DNA of 64,000 bases from Nitrosopumilus sp. (GTDB taxonomy: Archaea > Thermoproteota > Nitrososphaeria > Nitrososphaerales > Nitrosopumilaceae), in the NCBI GenBank assembly GCA_965238275.1, contig OZ250186.1, positions 672,001 to 736,000 on the forward strand. The letters are read 5' to 3'. The notes beneath the pieces are model-generated. The model saw only the letters and a list, made by a program, of their open reading frames with translations. It did no database searches and was not told the origin of the DNA. How positions within the stretch are numbered: the first letter of the stretch is position 1; every line of letters starts with the position of its first letter. Shown in pieces: positions 50,464 to 60,633 of the stretch. A program made the position numbers and the translations under genes.

Positions 50464-51381
50464 TTGATATTGTCCAGAACCAATCCAGACGAAACTCCCG
50501 CAGACGAGCCATCAGAGGCGCCACCCGGGGAACCATCAGAGGCGCCACCCGGGGAACCATCAGAGGCGCCACCCGGGGAACCATCAGAGGCGCCACCCGG
50601 GGAACCATCAGAGGCGCCACCCGGGGAACCATCAGAGGCGCCACCCGGGGAACCATCAGAGGCGCCACCCGGGGAACCATCAGAGGCGCCACCCGGGGAA
50701 CCATCAGAGGCGCCACCCGGGGAACCATCAGAGGCGCCACCCGGGGAACCATCAGAGGCGCCACCCGGGGAACCATCAGAGGCGCCACCCGGGGAACCAT
50801 CAGAAGCGCCACCCGGGGAACCATCAGAGGCGCCACCCGGGGAACCATCAGAGGCGCCACCCGGGGAACCATCAGAGGCGCCACCCGGGGAACCATCAGA
50901 GGCGCCACCCGGGGATGTGGCAGAGCCTGAACCCGATATGCTGGATCTGGAGAGGGCCAAAACTGCCGAGTATGAGGAGAAGCTGAAGCGGGCACTTGCA
51001 GACTATGAGAACCTGTCCAGAAAGATGCAGTCTGACATAAAGGGCGGCATCCGTGCAAAGATAGACGAATTCGTACTGGATCTTCTCAAGATACATGACG
51101 ACTTTGTCAGGGCCATCACCGTCTTTGCAGAAAACGGGGTCAAGACAGACGGTCTTGACTCCATCCTGAAAAACATGGACTCGATGCTCAAAAAGTATGA
51201 GGTATCTCCGATTGATGCACTCGGGGAGATCTTTGATCCAAATCTTCACGAGGCAGTATCCGTGGTGGATGATCCCGATCTGGATGATGGCACCATCGTC
51301 AGAGAGATTCGGAAAGGATATATTTCTCACAACTTGGCAGTAAGACCGTCGCTGGTGGAAATTTCAAAGAGGAGTATGTAA
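50464..51381 (+). CDS. grpE: Nucleotide exchange factor GrpE with N-terminal repeat tract
   Basis: [21 protein letters not shown]...VRPS.V; upstream of dnaK. Confidence 0.95.
   Translation: MILSRTNPDETPADEPSEAPPGEPSEAPPGEPSEAPPGEPSEAPPGEPSEAPPGEPSEAPPGEPSEAPPGEPSEAPPGEPSEAPPGEPSEAPPGEPSEAPPGEPSEAPPGEPSEAPPGEPSEAPPGEPSEAPPGEPSEAPPGEPSEAPPGDVAEPEPDMLDLERAKTAEYEEKLKRALADYENLSRKMQSDIKGGIRAKIDEFVLDLLKIHDDFVRAITVFAENGVKTDGLDSILKNMDSMLKKYEVSPIDALGEIFDPNLHEAVSVVDDPDLDDGTIVREIRKGYISHNLAVRPSLVEISKRSM
50506..50913 (+). repeat. 17 x 24-bp tandem repeat (EPSEAPPG)
   Basis: Unit GAACCATCAGAGGCGCCACCCGGG; only two synonymous variants. Confidence 0.97.
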
Positions 51382-51382
51382 A

Positions 51383-53413
51383 ATGGCTAAAATAATAGGT
51401 ATTGATTTGGGAACCAGTAACTCTGCTGCCTCTGTTGTAATGGGTGGAAAACCCACAATCATACCTGCAGCAGAGGGTGTGACTGTCGGAGGAAAGGCAT
51501 TTCCATCCGTTGTGGCGTTTTCCAAGACCGGCGATCTGCTGATAGGAGAGCCTGCAAGAAGACAGGCTGTGACAAACCCAGACTCCACCATAATTGCCGC
51601 CAAGAGAAAGATGGGTTCTGATCACACGTTTCGGATTCTGGACAAGGAGTACAAGCCCCAGCAGATCTCCGCATTCATCCTGCAAAAGATAAAAAAAGAC
51701 GCCGAGGCGTTCATCGGGGAAACAGTAGAGAAGGTTGTGATTACAGTTCCTGCATACTTTGATGACAACCAGCGTCAGGCGACCAAGGATGCCGGAACGA
51801 TTGCCGGCCTTGACGTAGTCCGGATTATCAACGAGCCGACTGCAGCATCCCTGGCCTTTGGACTGGACAAGGCAAAGGAGGACATGAAGATTCTTGTGTT
51901 TGATTTTGGAGGAGGCACGCTGGATGTTACTGTAATGGAGATGGGCGGCGGTGTCTTTGAGGTGATGAGCACATCCGGGGATACCCAGCTTGGCGGCACC
52001 GACATGGATCAGACCATAATTAATTACATTGTAGATGAGTTCAGAAAGAAGGAGGGCGTTGATCTGTCTGCAGACACGACTGCAGTGACCCGAATCAGGG
52101 AGGCCTCTGAGAAGGCCAAGATTGAGCTGTCGACTGTAATGGAGACTGACATCAACCTGCCGTTCATCTCACACGACCCCTCATCAGGGGCAAAGAACCT
52201 CGAACTGAGGGTTACCCGGGCCAAGCTTGATGATCTCATCTCCCCAATTGTAGAGCGGTGCAAGCCGTCGATACTCAAGGCGCTTGAGGATGCAAAACTT
52301 ACCGCCTCTGACATAAACAAGATTGTCATGGTAGGCGGCCCCACACGAATGCCCATAGTAAGGCGGTTTGTCAGCGATGTAATCGGAAAGGATGCAGAAT
52401 CCGGCGTTGACCCGATGGAGGCAGTAGCAATGGGCGCTGCAATCCAGGCAGGAATAATTGCAGGCGACGTTACCAGCGATATAGTTCTCCTTGATGTCAC
52501 CCCTCTGACACTGGGAATTGAGACCCTTGGGGGAGTCAGAGAACCGCTTATTGAGAGAAACACCACCATCCCAACATCCAAAGGCAAGGTGTTTACCACT
52601 GCAGCAGACAACCAGACGGCCGTGACCATCCATGTGGTTCAGGGCGAACGCCCAATGGCAACTGACAACGTCTCACTGGGAAGTTTCAACCTGACTGATC
52701 TTCCGCCTGCTCCAAGGGGAGTACCGCAGATTGAAGTCAAGTTTGATATCGACGCAAACGGAATAATCAACGTCACTGCAAAGGATCTTGGAACGCAAAA
52801 GGAGGCCAAGATCACCATCGAGTCCTCCTCAAAACTCTCCAAGGACGATATTGAGAGACTAAAGAAGGATGCAGAGAAGTTCTCCGAGGAGGACAAGAAG
52901 AAGAAAGAGAGCATTGATCTCAAAAATGAGGCGGAGAGCTACATCTACACCACTGAGAAGCTGGTCAACCACGATCTCAAGGACAAGATTACCCAGGAAC
53001 AGGGAATTAAGATTACTGATGCCGTCAGGGAGGTCAAGGAGGCCCTGAACAAGGATGCCTCGGAGCTAAAGCCCAAACTTGATGCATTGCAGGCGCTTGT
53101 TACCGAAGTGACAGTGGAACTTTACAAGAATGCAGCCCCTCCTCCAGGCGGGGAGGGGGCAGGTCCCGGAGACCAGGGCACATCGGGACCAAACCCTGAG
53201 GACTCTGGCACATCGGGACCAAACCCTGAGGACTCTGGCACATCGGGACCAAACCCTGAGGACTCTGGCACATCGGGACCAAACCCTGAGGACTCTGGCA
53301 CATCGGGACCAAACCCTGAGGACTCTGGCACATCGGGACCAAACCCTGAGGACTCTGGCACATCGGGACCAAACCCCGGAGACTCACAGGAGTCTGACAC
53401 TGCAAAATCCTAG
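51383..53413 (+). CDS. dnaK: Chaperone DnaK
   Basis: [27 protein letters not shown]. Confidence 0.98.
   Translation: MAKIIGIDLGTSNSAASVVMGGKPTIIPAAEGVTVGGKAFPSVVAFSKTGDLLIGEPARRQAVTNPDSTIIAAKRKMGSDHTFRILDKEYKPQQISAFILQKIKKDAEAFIGETVEKVVITVPAYFDDNQRQATKDAGTIAGLDVVRIINEPTAASLAFGLDKAKEDMKILVFDFGGGTLDVTVMEMGGGVFEVMSTSGDTQLGGTDMDQTIINYIVDEFRKKEGVDLSADTTAVTRIREASEKAKIELSTVMETDINLPFISHDPSSGAKNLELRVTRAKLDDLISPIVERCKPSILKALEDAKLTASDINKIVMVGGPTRMPIVRRFVSDVIGKDAESGVDPMEAVAMGAAIQAGIIAGDVTSDIVLLDVTPLTLGIETLGGVREPLIERNTTIPTSKGKVFTTAADNQTAVTIHVVQGERPMATDNVSLGSFNLTDLPPAPRGVPQIEVKFDIDANGIINVTAKDLGTQKEAKITIESSSKLSKDDIERLKKDAEKFSEEDKKKKESIDLKNEAESYIYTTEKLVNHDLKDKITQEQGIKITDAVREVKEALNKDASELKPKLDALQALVTEVTVELYKNAAPPPGGEGAGPGDQGTSGPNPEDSGTSGPNPEDSGTSGPNPEDSGTSGPNPEDSGTSGPNPEDSGTSGPNPEDSGTSGPNPGDSQESDTAKS
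53177..53386 (+). repeat. 7 x 30-bp tandem repeat ([10 protein letters not shown]), last copy variant
   Basis: Unit GGCACATCGGGACCAAACCCTGAGGACTCT, six exact copies plus one diverged. Confidence 0.97.
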
Positions 53414-53459
53414 ACTGCAAAACTCTAAAATTTATACTGAATCACCAAAATGATGAGTC

Positions 53460-54542
53460 ATGGCTGCAAAACGCGATTACTATGAGGTTCTGGGAGTCTC
53501 AAAGGAGTCCACCCCAGACGAGGTTAAAAAACAGTACAGAAAACTTGCATTAAAGTTTCATCCGGATCGCAACAAATCCTCGGAGGCAGTAGAACACTTC
53601 AAGGAGATCTCCGAGGCATATGCAATCCTGTCTGATGCCGAAAAGAGGCAGATTTATGATCAACACGGTCACGCAGGAGTGGACGGACGATACAGCAGCG
53701 AGGATATCTTCCGGGGCGCACGCGGCAACTTTAGTGATGTCTTTGGCAGCAGCGGTGGCGGATTTGATTCCATCTTCGAGTCCCTCTTTGGAGGCGGCCG
53801 CAGATCCGGCTTTGGTCGGCACAAGGGATCGGATCTTCTCTACGAGACCTCAATCACCCTAGAGGATGTCCTTAATGGCAAGGAGGTCAGGATTGATCTG
53901 CAAAAGCAGGTTCAGTGTGGCACCTGCAGGGGCTCTGGATGCAAACCCGGTACTTCCAGAAAGCAGTGTGCAGGTTGTGGCGGCCACGGACAGGTGCGCC
54001 AGACCCGCAACGTCGGGTTTGCCTCGTTTGTCACGGCCATGCCATGTAACACCTGCAGGGGCAGGGGCTCGATAATCCAGACCCCATGCAGCCAGTGCAA
54101 GGGGAATGGAAAGAGCCGTGGCAAAAAAGAGGTCAAGTTTGCAATTCCCCCCGGAATCGAGTCCGGCGACTACAACGTGCCCGGAGAGGGAGACGAGATT
54201 CCCGACGGCCCCGACGGCGATCTGATAGTCCGGGTCCGGGTACAGCCGCACCCCCACTTCAAGCGCGACGGCAGGGAAATCTATTACGATCAGGATGTCT
54301 CGATGGTTGACGCGGCACTCGGGTGCGAGGTAATCGTCCCGACATTGCAAGGCACCGAGAGGATCAAGGTCAACTCTGGCAGCCAACCAAACATCATAAT
54401 CAGGCTGCGGGGCAAGGGCGTGCCGCACATAGGATCCAGGGGGAGGGGGGATCAACACGTGCGTATCGTGATAAACATACCCAAAAAACTCAACAAGCAC
54501 CAGAAGAATCTTCTGCACGAGTTTAAGCAGACCGGTGATTGA
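53460..54542 (+). CDS. dnaJ: Chaperone DnaJ
   Basis: J domain HPD, G/F region, four CxxCxGxG motifs. Confidence 0.97.
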   Translation: MAAKRDYYEVLGVSKESTPDEVKKQYRKLALKFHPDRNKSSEAVEHFKEISEAYAILSDAEKRQIYDQHGHAGVDGRYSSEDIFRGARGNFSDVFGSSGGGFDSIFESLFGGGRRSGFGRHKGSDLLYETSITLEDVLNGKEVRIDLQKQVQCGTCRGSGCKPGTSRKQCAGCGGHGQVRQTRNVGFASFVTAMPCNTCRGRGSIIQTPCSQCKGNGKSRGKKEVKFAIPPGIESGDYNVPGEGDEIPDGPDGDLIVRVRVQPHPHFKRDGREIYYDQDVSMVDAALGCEVIVPTLQGTERIKVNSGSQPNIIIRLRGKGVPHIGSRGRGDQHVRIVINIPKKLNKHQKNLLHEFKQTGD

Positions 54543-54549
54543 TGGATAA

Positions 54550-55095
54550 ATGAGGATTGCACTGGATTTAGACGGTGTGCTTGCCGATGTGATACTGCCG
54601 TGGATAGCCTATAACAACACAATCAGGCCCCCGATAACAAAACACGACATAACTGACTGGATGTTCTGGAAGAGACTGAAAATTAAACCCGAGCAGTTTT
54701 ATACAGAGCTTGGAATGTGCTGGAAGGACTGGAGATCCATCCCTGCCACCGAGGAAGGCCTGCCAGATACTACAAGGCGCCTCTCCGAACTGGGACAGGT
54801 GGATATTGTCACTGCACGGGAGCCATTCACCGACTCTTTTGTAAGGGAATGGCTGGCCCATCACGGGATAGCGTACGACGGGTACGTATCTGTGGCTGCA
54901 GGGACGATGAAGGCTGACCTGAATTATGATGTCTTCATTGACGACTCTCCTCTGAATGCACAGGAGTTCGTCCGGCGCGGCAGATCCGTCATACTGTATG
55001 CCCAACCGTGGAACAGTCACATCCAGGGAGGGATTCCCCGGGTTGCAGACCTGAAAGAGGCCGTCCGGAGAGTCAGTCTTTTGAAAACTTCCTGA
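54550..55095 (+). CDS. HAD-family 5'(3')-nucleotidase-like protein
   Basis: DLDGVLAD, IVTAR, FIDDS. Confidence 0.88.
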   Translation: MRIALDLDGVLADVILPWIAYNNTIRPPITKHDITDWMFWKRLKIKPEQFYTELGMCWKDWRSIPATEEGLPDTTRRLSELGQVDIVTAREPFTDSFVREWLAHHGIAYDGYVSVAAGTMKADLNYDVFIDDSPLNAQEFVRRGRSVILYAQPWNSHIQGGIPRVADLKEAVRRVSLLKTS

Positions 55096-55237
55096 TGTTT
55101 ATCCTGTGGCCTTCCCTGACGTGTATGGAGTGGGATGTCTTTATCACTTCCCCAATCTTGTCATCGCTGTAAAACTTGATGTTGTAGCGTCCCAGTATCT
55201 TCTTGCAGCTGCTGCAGTAGATCTCCCTGAACTCCAT
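55073..55237 (-). CDS. Small CxxC/His metal-binding protein, 54 aa
   Basis: Manual translation MEFREIYCSSCKKILGRYNIKFYSDDKIGEVIKTSHSIHVREGHRINIRKFSKD; TTTATTATA box upstream. Confidence 0.7.
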   Translation of the reverse strand: MEFREIYCSSCKKILGRYNIKFYSDDKIGEVIKTSHSIHVREGHRINIRKFSKD

Positions 55238-55300
55238 CTGCCATCCTGACACGCCTGTCGTATAATAAAGAACTTATTCAGGATGTCAGGAAGTCATGTT

Positions 55301-55385
55301 GCGGGAGTCGCCCAGCCTGGTCAACGGCGTAAGGTTCAGGTCCTTATCTCTCAGGAGTTCGTGGGTTCAAATCCCATCTCCCGCA
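55301..55385 (+). tRNA. tRNA-Leu(CAG)
   Basis: GCGGGAG/CTCCCGC acceptor, TAAGG-TTCAGGT-CCTTA anticodon arm, long variable arm, GTTCAAATC. Confidence 0.95.
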
Positions 55386-55426
55386 CTACAATCAAACGGA
55401 AACACTTGTTATCTTCAAGGCGCCAC

Positions 55427-55600
55427 ATGCTGCAGGACATGACAAGGCAGATTCCCAGGACGCTGCAGGACAGCGAGTCTGTGCGGCAGTTCCTCAAGGG
55501 GTTTCACGCCGAGGCCACGAGGGAGACGTACTGCAAAAAAAACTCCTCCAGTTCAGACTTCTGCCAGATGAGCCCCGACGAACTGCTCGCAGAGACGCCG
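55427..55600 (+). pseudogene. Probable N-terminal remnant of a tyrosine integrase
   Basis: SESVRQFLKGFHAEATRETYCKK...DFCQMSPDELL resembles an integrase core-binding N-terminus; lies directly after a tRNA; no catalytic domain. Confidence 0.55.
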
Positions 55601-55906
55601 TCAAGAAAGTCCAATACGGCCTTGACTAACCTGATTGGCCACTCCGGCATCCCATGCGTCTTCAGATAGGCATGTTTTACGTATCAAGACTGAATATCTA
55701 TGCGTGGGCCGGTGCTTTTGATCAGGCTGACCAAATGTTGCAGTGTTTAAGATGCGCTCTGGCAGCTCTTGACGGAGGGAAGGGGGGGGGGCAATAGTCG
55801 AACCGGATGCCGCGTCCCCTCGTTTCAGAGTTGATCTTTCCCGTCAGGAGTTTTTGGGTTATGCCGGGACGATAAATCATATGATAAAATCTCTGGATTT
55901 GGCATT

Positions 55907-56221
55907 CTATTCGGCCAATTTTTTGGCATTCTCATATCCTTTTTCAATCCACTTCATGGCATCGGCCATTGTGGTCAGTTTTGAATCAATTTCAATCCAT
56001 CCCATCTTTGCGCCATGAGAAAACGGTTTGATTGCTCTTGATTTTATAGCAGTTTCCTGCTGATCTTTGGAAAGCCTAACGATGACTTGCTGGTTATTCT
56101 TATTGCTGAATCCAACAAAAAATTTCCTTTCTATTGAAAAACACTGGTAACCAAACATCGGCCTAGTTGTTACATGCTTCATTGATTCAACTTTCTCTTT
56201 TATTGGATCGTAACTATTCAA
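55907..56221 (-). CDS. TfoX N-terminal domain-like protein
   Basis: TTRPMFGY..F....K.F, W.EI, ..WI..GY pattern; AT-rich. Confidence 0.7.
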   Translation of the reverse strand: MNSYDPIKEKVESMKHVTTRPMFGYQCFSIERKFFVGFSNKNNQQVIVRLSKDQQETAIKSRAIKPFSHGAKMGWIEIDSKLTTMADAMKWIEKGYENAKKLAE

Positions 56222-56476
56222 TGATATTCTCTCTCGATTTGTAAATTGAGATGAGTATTATGTCTGCCGTTTAGCGACAGTTCTGGCATTTCTTGGCTGC
56301 CAATACTTCCTGTCGGATGGCTATCCTGAGGGGCCAGCACGTCTGTTCCTGCAGCTGCTTCCAAGTGTCACAAAACGGTGCTCCCGTTCCCGGATCTGTT
56401 TTTTTCGAATTTGGGCCGCCGGTTCTGGCCTCAAACTGTCAGTGAGGACAGCAGGGTTGTACTACTGCAGAAACTT

Positions 56477-58710
56477 GTAAGAGGTCGCCTTTGCGAAGCG
56501 ATTTCGTGCCTGATCTGCCCCGATTAATTACCAACTGAGCTACGTTTTGGGCCGTAAATGCCCATTTGATTGGCATTATTCAGGATTTTTTCCGGGCGGG
56601 GTGAGGTTCGACTGAGCTGCGTTTTGGCCGATTCGGTGATCGGACTTGCGAAGTGGACCTTTTTTGGTGCTGCCGGGGCGGTGCGTTGTGCCCGAATCTG
56701 GCGGAGGGCCGGTACGGCGGCCTGATACGTGTCAGGCAACCGGTGCGACGGGAGTCGCGCAGGACATGCAGGGCAGCCATGGATGGATTTTGCAGGATTT
56801 ATGCAGTTGTTGCTGCCGCTGCTGCTGTTGCCGGTATCCTTTCGACGATACCTCGCATGTAGTCTACCAAAAAGTCGTGCGGGTTGACGCCGCGCATCCT
56901 GCACGTCTCGCGGATGCTGGCCAGGACGGCGTGGTTGTATGCGCCGGCAAGGCTCTTGCTGCCGCCTGAGACATTCCGGGATGCGACGCTGGGCCGCAGG
57001 GGGCGCTCGGCGTCGTTGTTATGGCACTTTGTGTTGAGGCGGATGAATGGGAACAGGTGGGTGATCTCGCGCCGCAGCCGCTTGACAAACCGCTTGCAGT
57101 GGGGTTCGGTGTAGCTGCCAGACATCAGGCGCCTCATCCGGGCCAGGAGGTTGCGCACCTTGAGGTTTCGCGCGGCCTTGTCGTCGTTTGGGTTGAGTCC
57201 CTTCTCTGCGTGCCAGGAATCGATGATTATCCCCTTTAGGGCCTTAGCAAACTTTTTGAATTCGGGTCCCGGGTTTTTCATGGTCAGGGTGCGGATGATC
57301 TCGCGGAGGTAGTGGTAGTGGCACTTTTGGTGGGTCCTGCCGATGCGGTTCCACGCAGCGTGTGAATCAGAGGTGACGTGGCCTGCGTACCCTCCAAGCA
57401 GGGTCTCCAGCACGTCTCCTCCCCGGCGCTTGTCCACGTAAAAGACAGTCGAGTCGGAGCCGACTAGTATCCACAGCCAGTACAGCATCCCGGCTACCCT
57501 CCAGCTGGTCTCGTCCCCGAAGACATGCTCTGAGAAGAATATCTCCTCGAGCATCTCCTCGTAGAGCGGGTGGAGGGATCCGGTCACGGCATCCACGTGG
57601 CCGATGACAGTCGACTTTGCAAGGTTTGTGTGGTGGATTATGTTGATCAGCTTGCGGATGATTTCGTAGGGAATGCCGTACATCCTCATCGTCGTCTCAA
57701 GGCACGTCAGGCTGGCGCCGAACCGTCCCCCGGGGACGATCCCTGGGATCTCGGGGGCAAACTGCCTGCCGCATTCCCTGCAGTACCTGCGAATAATGGT
57801 ATACTGGATGCCGGTCAGCTTCCCGTCGATAATCTCCTCGACTACCCGGATGGTCACCTCGGTGGGCTCCTTCGAGAGGGCGTGGCCGTGCGGACAGGCT
57901 TGCATGTCGACTAGCTTTTTTTCGGATATCGGGGGAGGATCACGGCCTGTTCGCAGGCAGACGACCTTCCTGAACGGATTCGGCGCAGGCCCGGGCGACT
58001 CTTGGAGCCGCTTCTTGGAGCGGTGAGTCTTGATGTCCAGGTTCTCGGCTGCCAGCGCCGAGTTGGCCGCGTGCGCCTCTTTTAGCTGAGAGGCATGCTC
58101 TGATGCCTGCCGTTCCAGGCGGGCTATCCTGTCCATGACTGCCTGCGAGACGTCGCATCCCTGCAGCAGGGCGGCGTTTTCTGCACGCAGTTTCTCTACC
58201 TCTGTCCTCAAATTCTCTATCTCTGAGTCCTTTTGTTCTATCTCGACGTCCTTTTGCACGCTCTCTTCTTCCAGCAGTTTGATCCGGGCATCCATCTCCG
58301 TCAGCATCACGCGATCCTCGGAGAAGGCCTCTGCCTCCTCCTTCAGCTGCTCGACGTCTTTTCTCAGCGCCATGCTCTCCTCGTCCTTGGATTTGAGCAT
58401 GTCAAGGACGGATTCGAAGAGAGACTTGGTGTCGGTTACGGAGTTCCAGTCAATCTTTTCCAGGTCGATTACAGGCACCATGCCATAACACAGGAAGGCA
58501 TGATCCATAAAGATTTTGGACACGCAGCGTCTGCCGGAAAATACGGTGCAAAATATCCTGCAGGAAATGCCTTGATCTGAAGACCACCATGTTGCAGACC
58601 ATGCTGATAACGTGCAATTAATCGGGTATTTATGGCCGAAAACGTAGCTCAGTTGGTAATTAATCGGGTCAGATCAGGCACAAAATCGCTTCGCAAAGGC
58701 GACCTCTTAC
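56477..58710 (-). mobile_element. IS66-family element (single-ORF, ISBst12-like) with about 87-bp TIRs
   Basis: GTAA...TTAC ends, 82/87 TIR identity, 8-bp TSD AGAAACTT at 56469-56476 and 58711-58718. Confidence 0.95.
56799..58523 (-). CDS. IS66-family DDE transposase
   Basis: Coiled coil, zinc finger, GDETSW, TSDSH, QKCHYHYLR, NNDAERPLR. Confidence 0.92.
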   Translation of the reverse strand: MSKIFMDHAFLCYGMVPVIDLEKIDWNSVTDTKSLFESVLDMLKSKDEESMALRKDVEQLKEEAEAFSEDRVMLTEMDARIKLLEEESVQKDVEIEQKDSEIENLRTEVEKLRAENAALLQGCDVSQAVMDRIARLERQASEHASQLKEAHAANSALAAENLDIKTHRSKKRLQESPGPAPNPFRKVVCLRTGRDPPPISEKKLVDMQACPHGHALSKEPTEVTIRVVEEIIDGKLTGIQYTIIRRYCRECGRQFAPEIPGIVPGGRFGASLTCLETTMRMYGIPYEIIRKLINIIHHTNLAKSTVIGHVDAVTGSLHPLYEEMLEEIFFSEHVFGDETSWRVAGMLYWLWILVGSDSTVFYVDKRRGGDVLETLLGGYAGHVTSDSHAAWNRIGRTHQKCHYHYLREIIRTLTMKNPGPEFKKFAKALKGIIIDSWHAEKGLNPNDDKAARNLKVRNLLARMRRLMSGSYTEPHCKRFVKRLRREITHLFPFIRLNTKCHNNDAERPLRPSVASRNVSGGSKSLAGAYNHAVLASIRETCRMRGVNPHDFLVDYMRGIVERIPATAAAAATTA

Positions 58711-58763
58711 AGAAACTTGCAGTTTTTTTGGCTGGGTGATCGGATCATTCTGGAAGACACATA

Positions 58764-59144
58764 TCACTCGGTAAGGGTAGAGAGCAACTTGCATATGGTG
58801 GCGTGAGTTTTTCTGTCTACCTTTCCTATGCATTTCGCTATGATCCTTTTCTCCACGCTGAATATCTTGTCAACCCTTGCATTACTGTCAACAACTAGCC
58901 TTCCGTCTTCCATATTCCTGTTTGTAACCGGCACGCCATATTCTGACGGCCTTGGGTTTGACGTGAGCGGTACGGCCACTACGTCATCTGATTTCCTGTT
59001 GTATCCGTTGTTTGATACGACGATTGCCGGCCTAGCCTTCTTCCGCTGCAGATCGGAAAATGGAAATGGCAGTATGACAACGCAGCGCTGCTGGATCACG
59101 TTTTTAGATACCTGTTCCATACCTCGTCCTCCTCGTTGTCCCAT
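58764..59144 (-). CDS. PemK/MazF-family toxin
   Basis: PFPFSD...K.RPAIVVSN..YN, VPLTS; start may be MEQVS. Confidence 0.92.
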   Translation of the reverse strand: MGQRGGRGMEQVSKNVIQQRCVVILPFPFSDLQRKKARPAIVVSNNGYNRKSDDVVAVPLTSNPRPSEYGVPVTNRNMEDGRLVVDSNARVDKIFSVEKRIIAKCIGKVDRKTHATICKLLSTLTE

Positions 59145-59365
59145 ACCTTCTTCAGCGAGTATTCAGAGTGCCGTACCACGTCGTCAAAGCCGTCTTCAAT
59201 CAATTGCGATATGTCGGATGCCTTGCTGATCAGGAGTTTTTTGTCTTTCAGGACTAGCACCAGTCTCGAACCCTTCTTAACGGCAAGCTGCACCCTAATG
59301 TCCCGCGGTATCGAGATCTGGCCCTTCTCTGAAACGGTTACGATCCTCATTATCGGTTCTGACAC
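59096..59365 (-). CDS. AbrB/MazE-family antitoxin
   Basis: VSEKGQISIPRDIR..L; C-terminal WDNEEDEVW; overlaps the toxin gene. Confidence 0.9.
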   Translation of the reverse strand: MSEPIMRIVTVSEKGQISIPRDIRVQLAVKKGSRLVLVLKDKKLLISKASDISQLIEDGFDDVVRHSEYSLKKVWDNEEDEVWNRYLKT

Positions 59366-59499
59366 ACGTCATGTAAGATTTTTCTTACTTATAAATACGG
59401 TCTGGCGTGCCGGGCACAGCTTCGTGCATGTGGCATGCACCAGTCAAGTCAAATTCCCTGCACCAGCCAGTTATCAGGTTGTTGACGTCAAACTGCGTG

Positions 59500-60633
59500 T
59501 GTGGAATACGAAAAGTAGTTCCTCCCTTACTCCACATGATACTCCTCCCCTGTCTGCTCATCTATTACTATCTCTCCTTTTGGTGGCATCTTGCGCACAA
59601 ACGCCTGGGCTGGCGTCTCCTCCCCGTCAGGGCCAAGTGACATGTGCGGTCTGTCGTAATTGTACCACTGCATGAAGAGGTCCACCGGGTCGCTCTTGCG
59701 CATCATTATCGCCTCAAATTCGGGCAGCTTCCGCTGGATCTCCCCGTGCAGCCTCTCCAGCTTGCCGTTGGTCTGAGGATGCCTCACGCCTGCCAGGATC
59801 TGCTTGATGCCAAGCTCTGCCAGTCTCTTTTCAAACTCGGATGCGCCCTTTTTCTTTGCCTCTGATGCGGTGGCGTAGAACTGGGATCCGCGGTCAGTCA
59901 TTATGGATGCAGGCTTGCCGTGGTTCCTTATCGCCTCGTCCAATACCGACAGGGCGTTTTCTGCAGTTGCACGCTCAAACGTGCCGTACGCAGTCACGAA
60001 CCGCGAGGCATCGTCCTCGTAGCACAGGAACCACCTGCCGTCATCAAGCAGCTTGTAGTCGGTGTGCCACATCGAGTTGGAATAGGTGCGCTCAAAGCGG
60101 ATCCACTTGCGGCGCTTGCTCTTGTTGGGCTGTCTGGCAGCCAGATCCTCGTCACGCAATACCATGTGTATGCGGTTGTATGGAATATTTATTCCGGTGA
60201 CGTCCCTTATGCGCCCGTGCAGGCGCACGGCCCCGACGTGGTCGTTGCCCTTGGCGCACAGTACCGCGGAGTGTTCCTTCCTGCCGGGAAGGCCGCATGC
60301 GGGCCTGCCCATGTGCATCGGATACGCCACGCTGCTGCGTTCCTGTCCCTTGTACCTGGAATACAGCTTCCTTATCCACCGCGGCGACACACCCATTGCC
60401 TTGGAGATGCATAAATTGGTGGATCCCTTGTCCCTCTCCGAAAGTATCCACCTTACCTTCGATTCGTCCAGCTTTTTCATGATGCGTACTCTCCGTGTTC
60501 CTATATGCCGCCACCGATTGGAGTACATCGTTCTTGCCCACACACCCTTGCTTCCACTCAACACCAAGCTGATCTTGCTTCCAAACACGCCGGCTCCATT
60601 GGGTAGGGGAGGAACTACTTTTTGTACAACGTA
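59500..60633 (-). mobile_element. IS481-family element E
   Basis: TIR core AAAAGTAGTTCCTCCC; 15-bp TSD ACGTCAAACTGCGTG at 59485-59499 and 60634-60648. Confidence 0.93.
59527..60588 (-). CDS. IS481-family DDE transposase, relative of B/D (start probably 60480)
   Basis: WHTDYK, TDRGSQF, HPQTNGKLER, YNYDRPHMSL. Confidence 0.93.
   Translation of the reverse strand: MFGSKISLVLSGSKGVWARTMYSNRWRHIGTRRVRIMKKLDESKVRWILSERDKGSTNLCISKAMGVSPRWIRKLYSRYKGQERSSVAYPMHMGRPACGLPGRKEHSAVLCAKGNDHVGAVRLHGRIRDVTGINIPYNRIHMVLRDEDLAARQPNKSKRRKWIRFERTYSNSMWHTDYKLLDDGRWFLCYEDDASRFVTAYGTFERATAENALSVLDEAIRNHGKPASIMTDRGSQFYATASEAKKKGASEFEKRLAELGIKQILAGVRHPQTNGKLERLHGEIQRKLPEFEAIMMRKSDPVDLFMQWYNYDRPHMSLGPDGEETPAQAFVRKMPPKGEIVIDEQTGEEYHVE

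Noticed and set aside
50506-50913. Possible CRISPR array (24-bp repeats; also the 30-bp repeats at 53177)
   Set aside because: Units are directly adjacent with no unique spacers, are in frame within grpE/dnaK, and no cas genes are present.
55782-55791. G10 homopolymer as a phase-variation switch
   Set aside because: Not within a credible gene or promoter.
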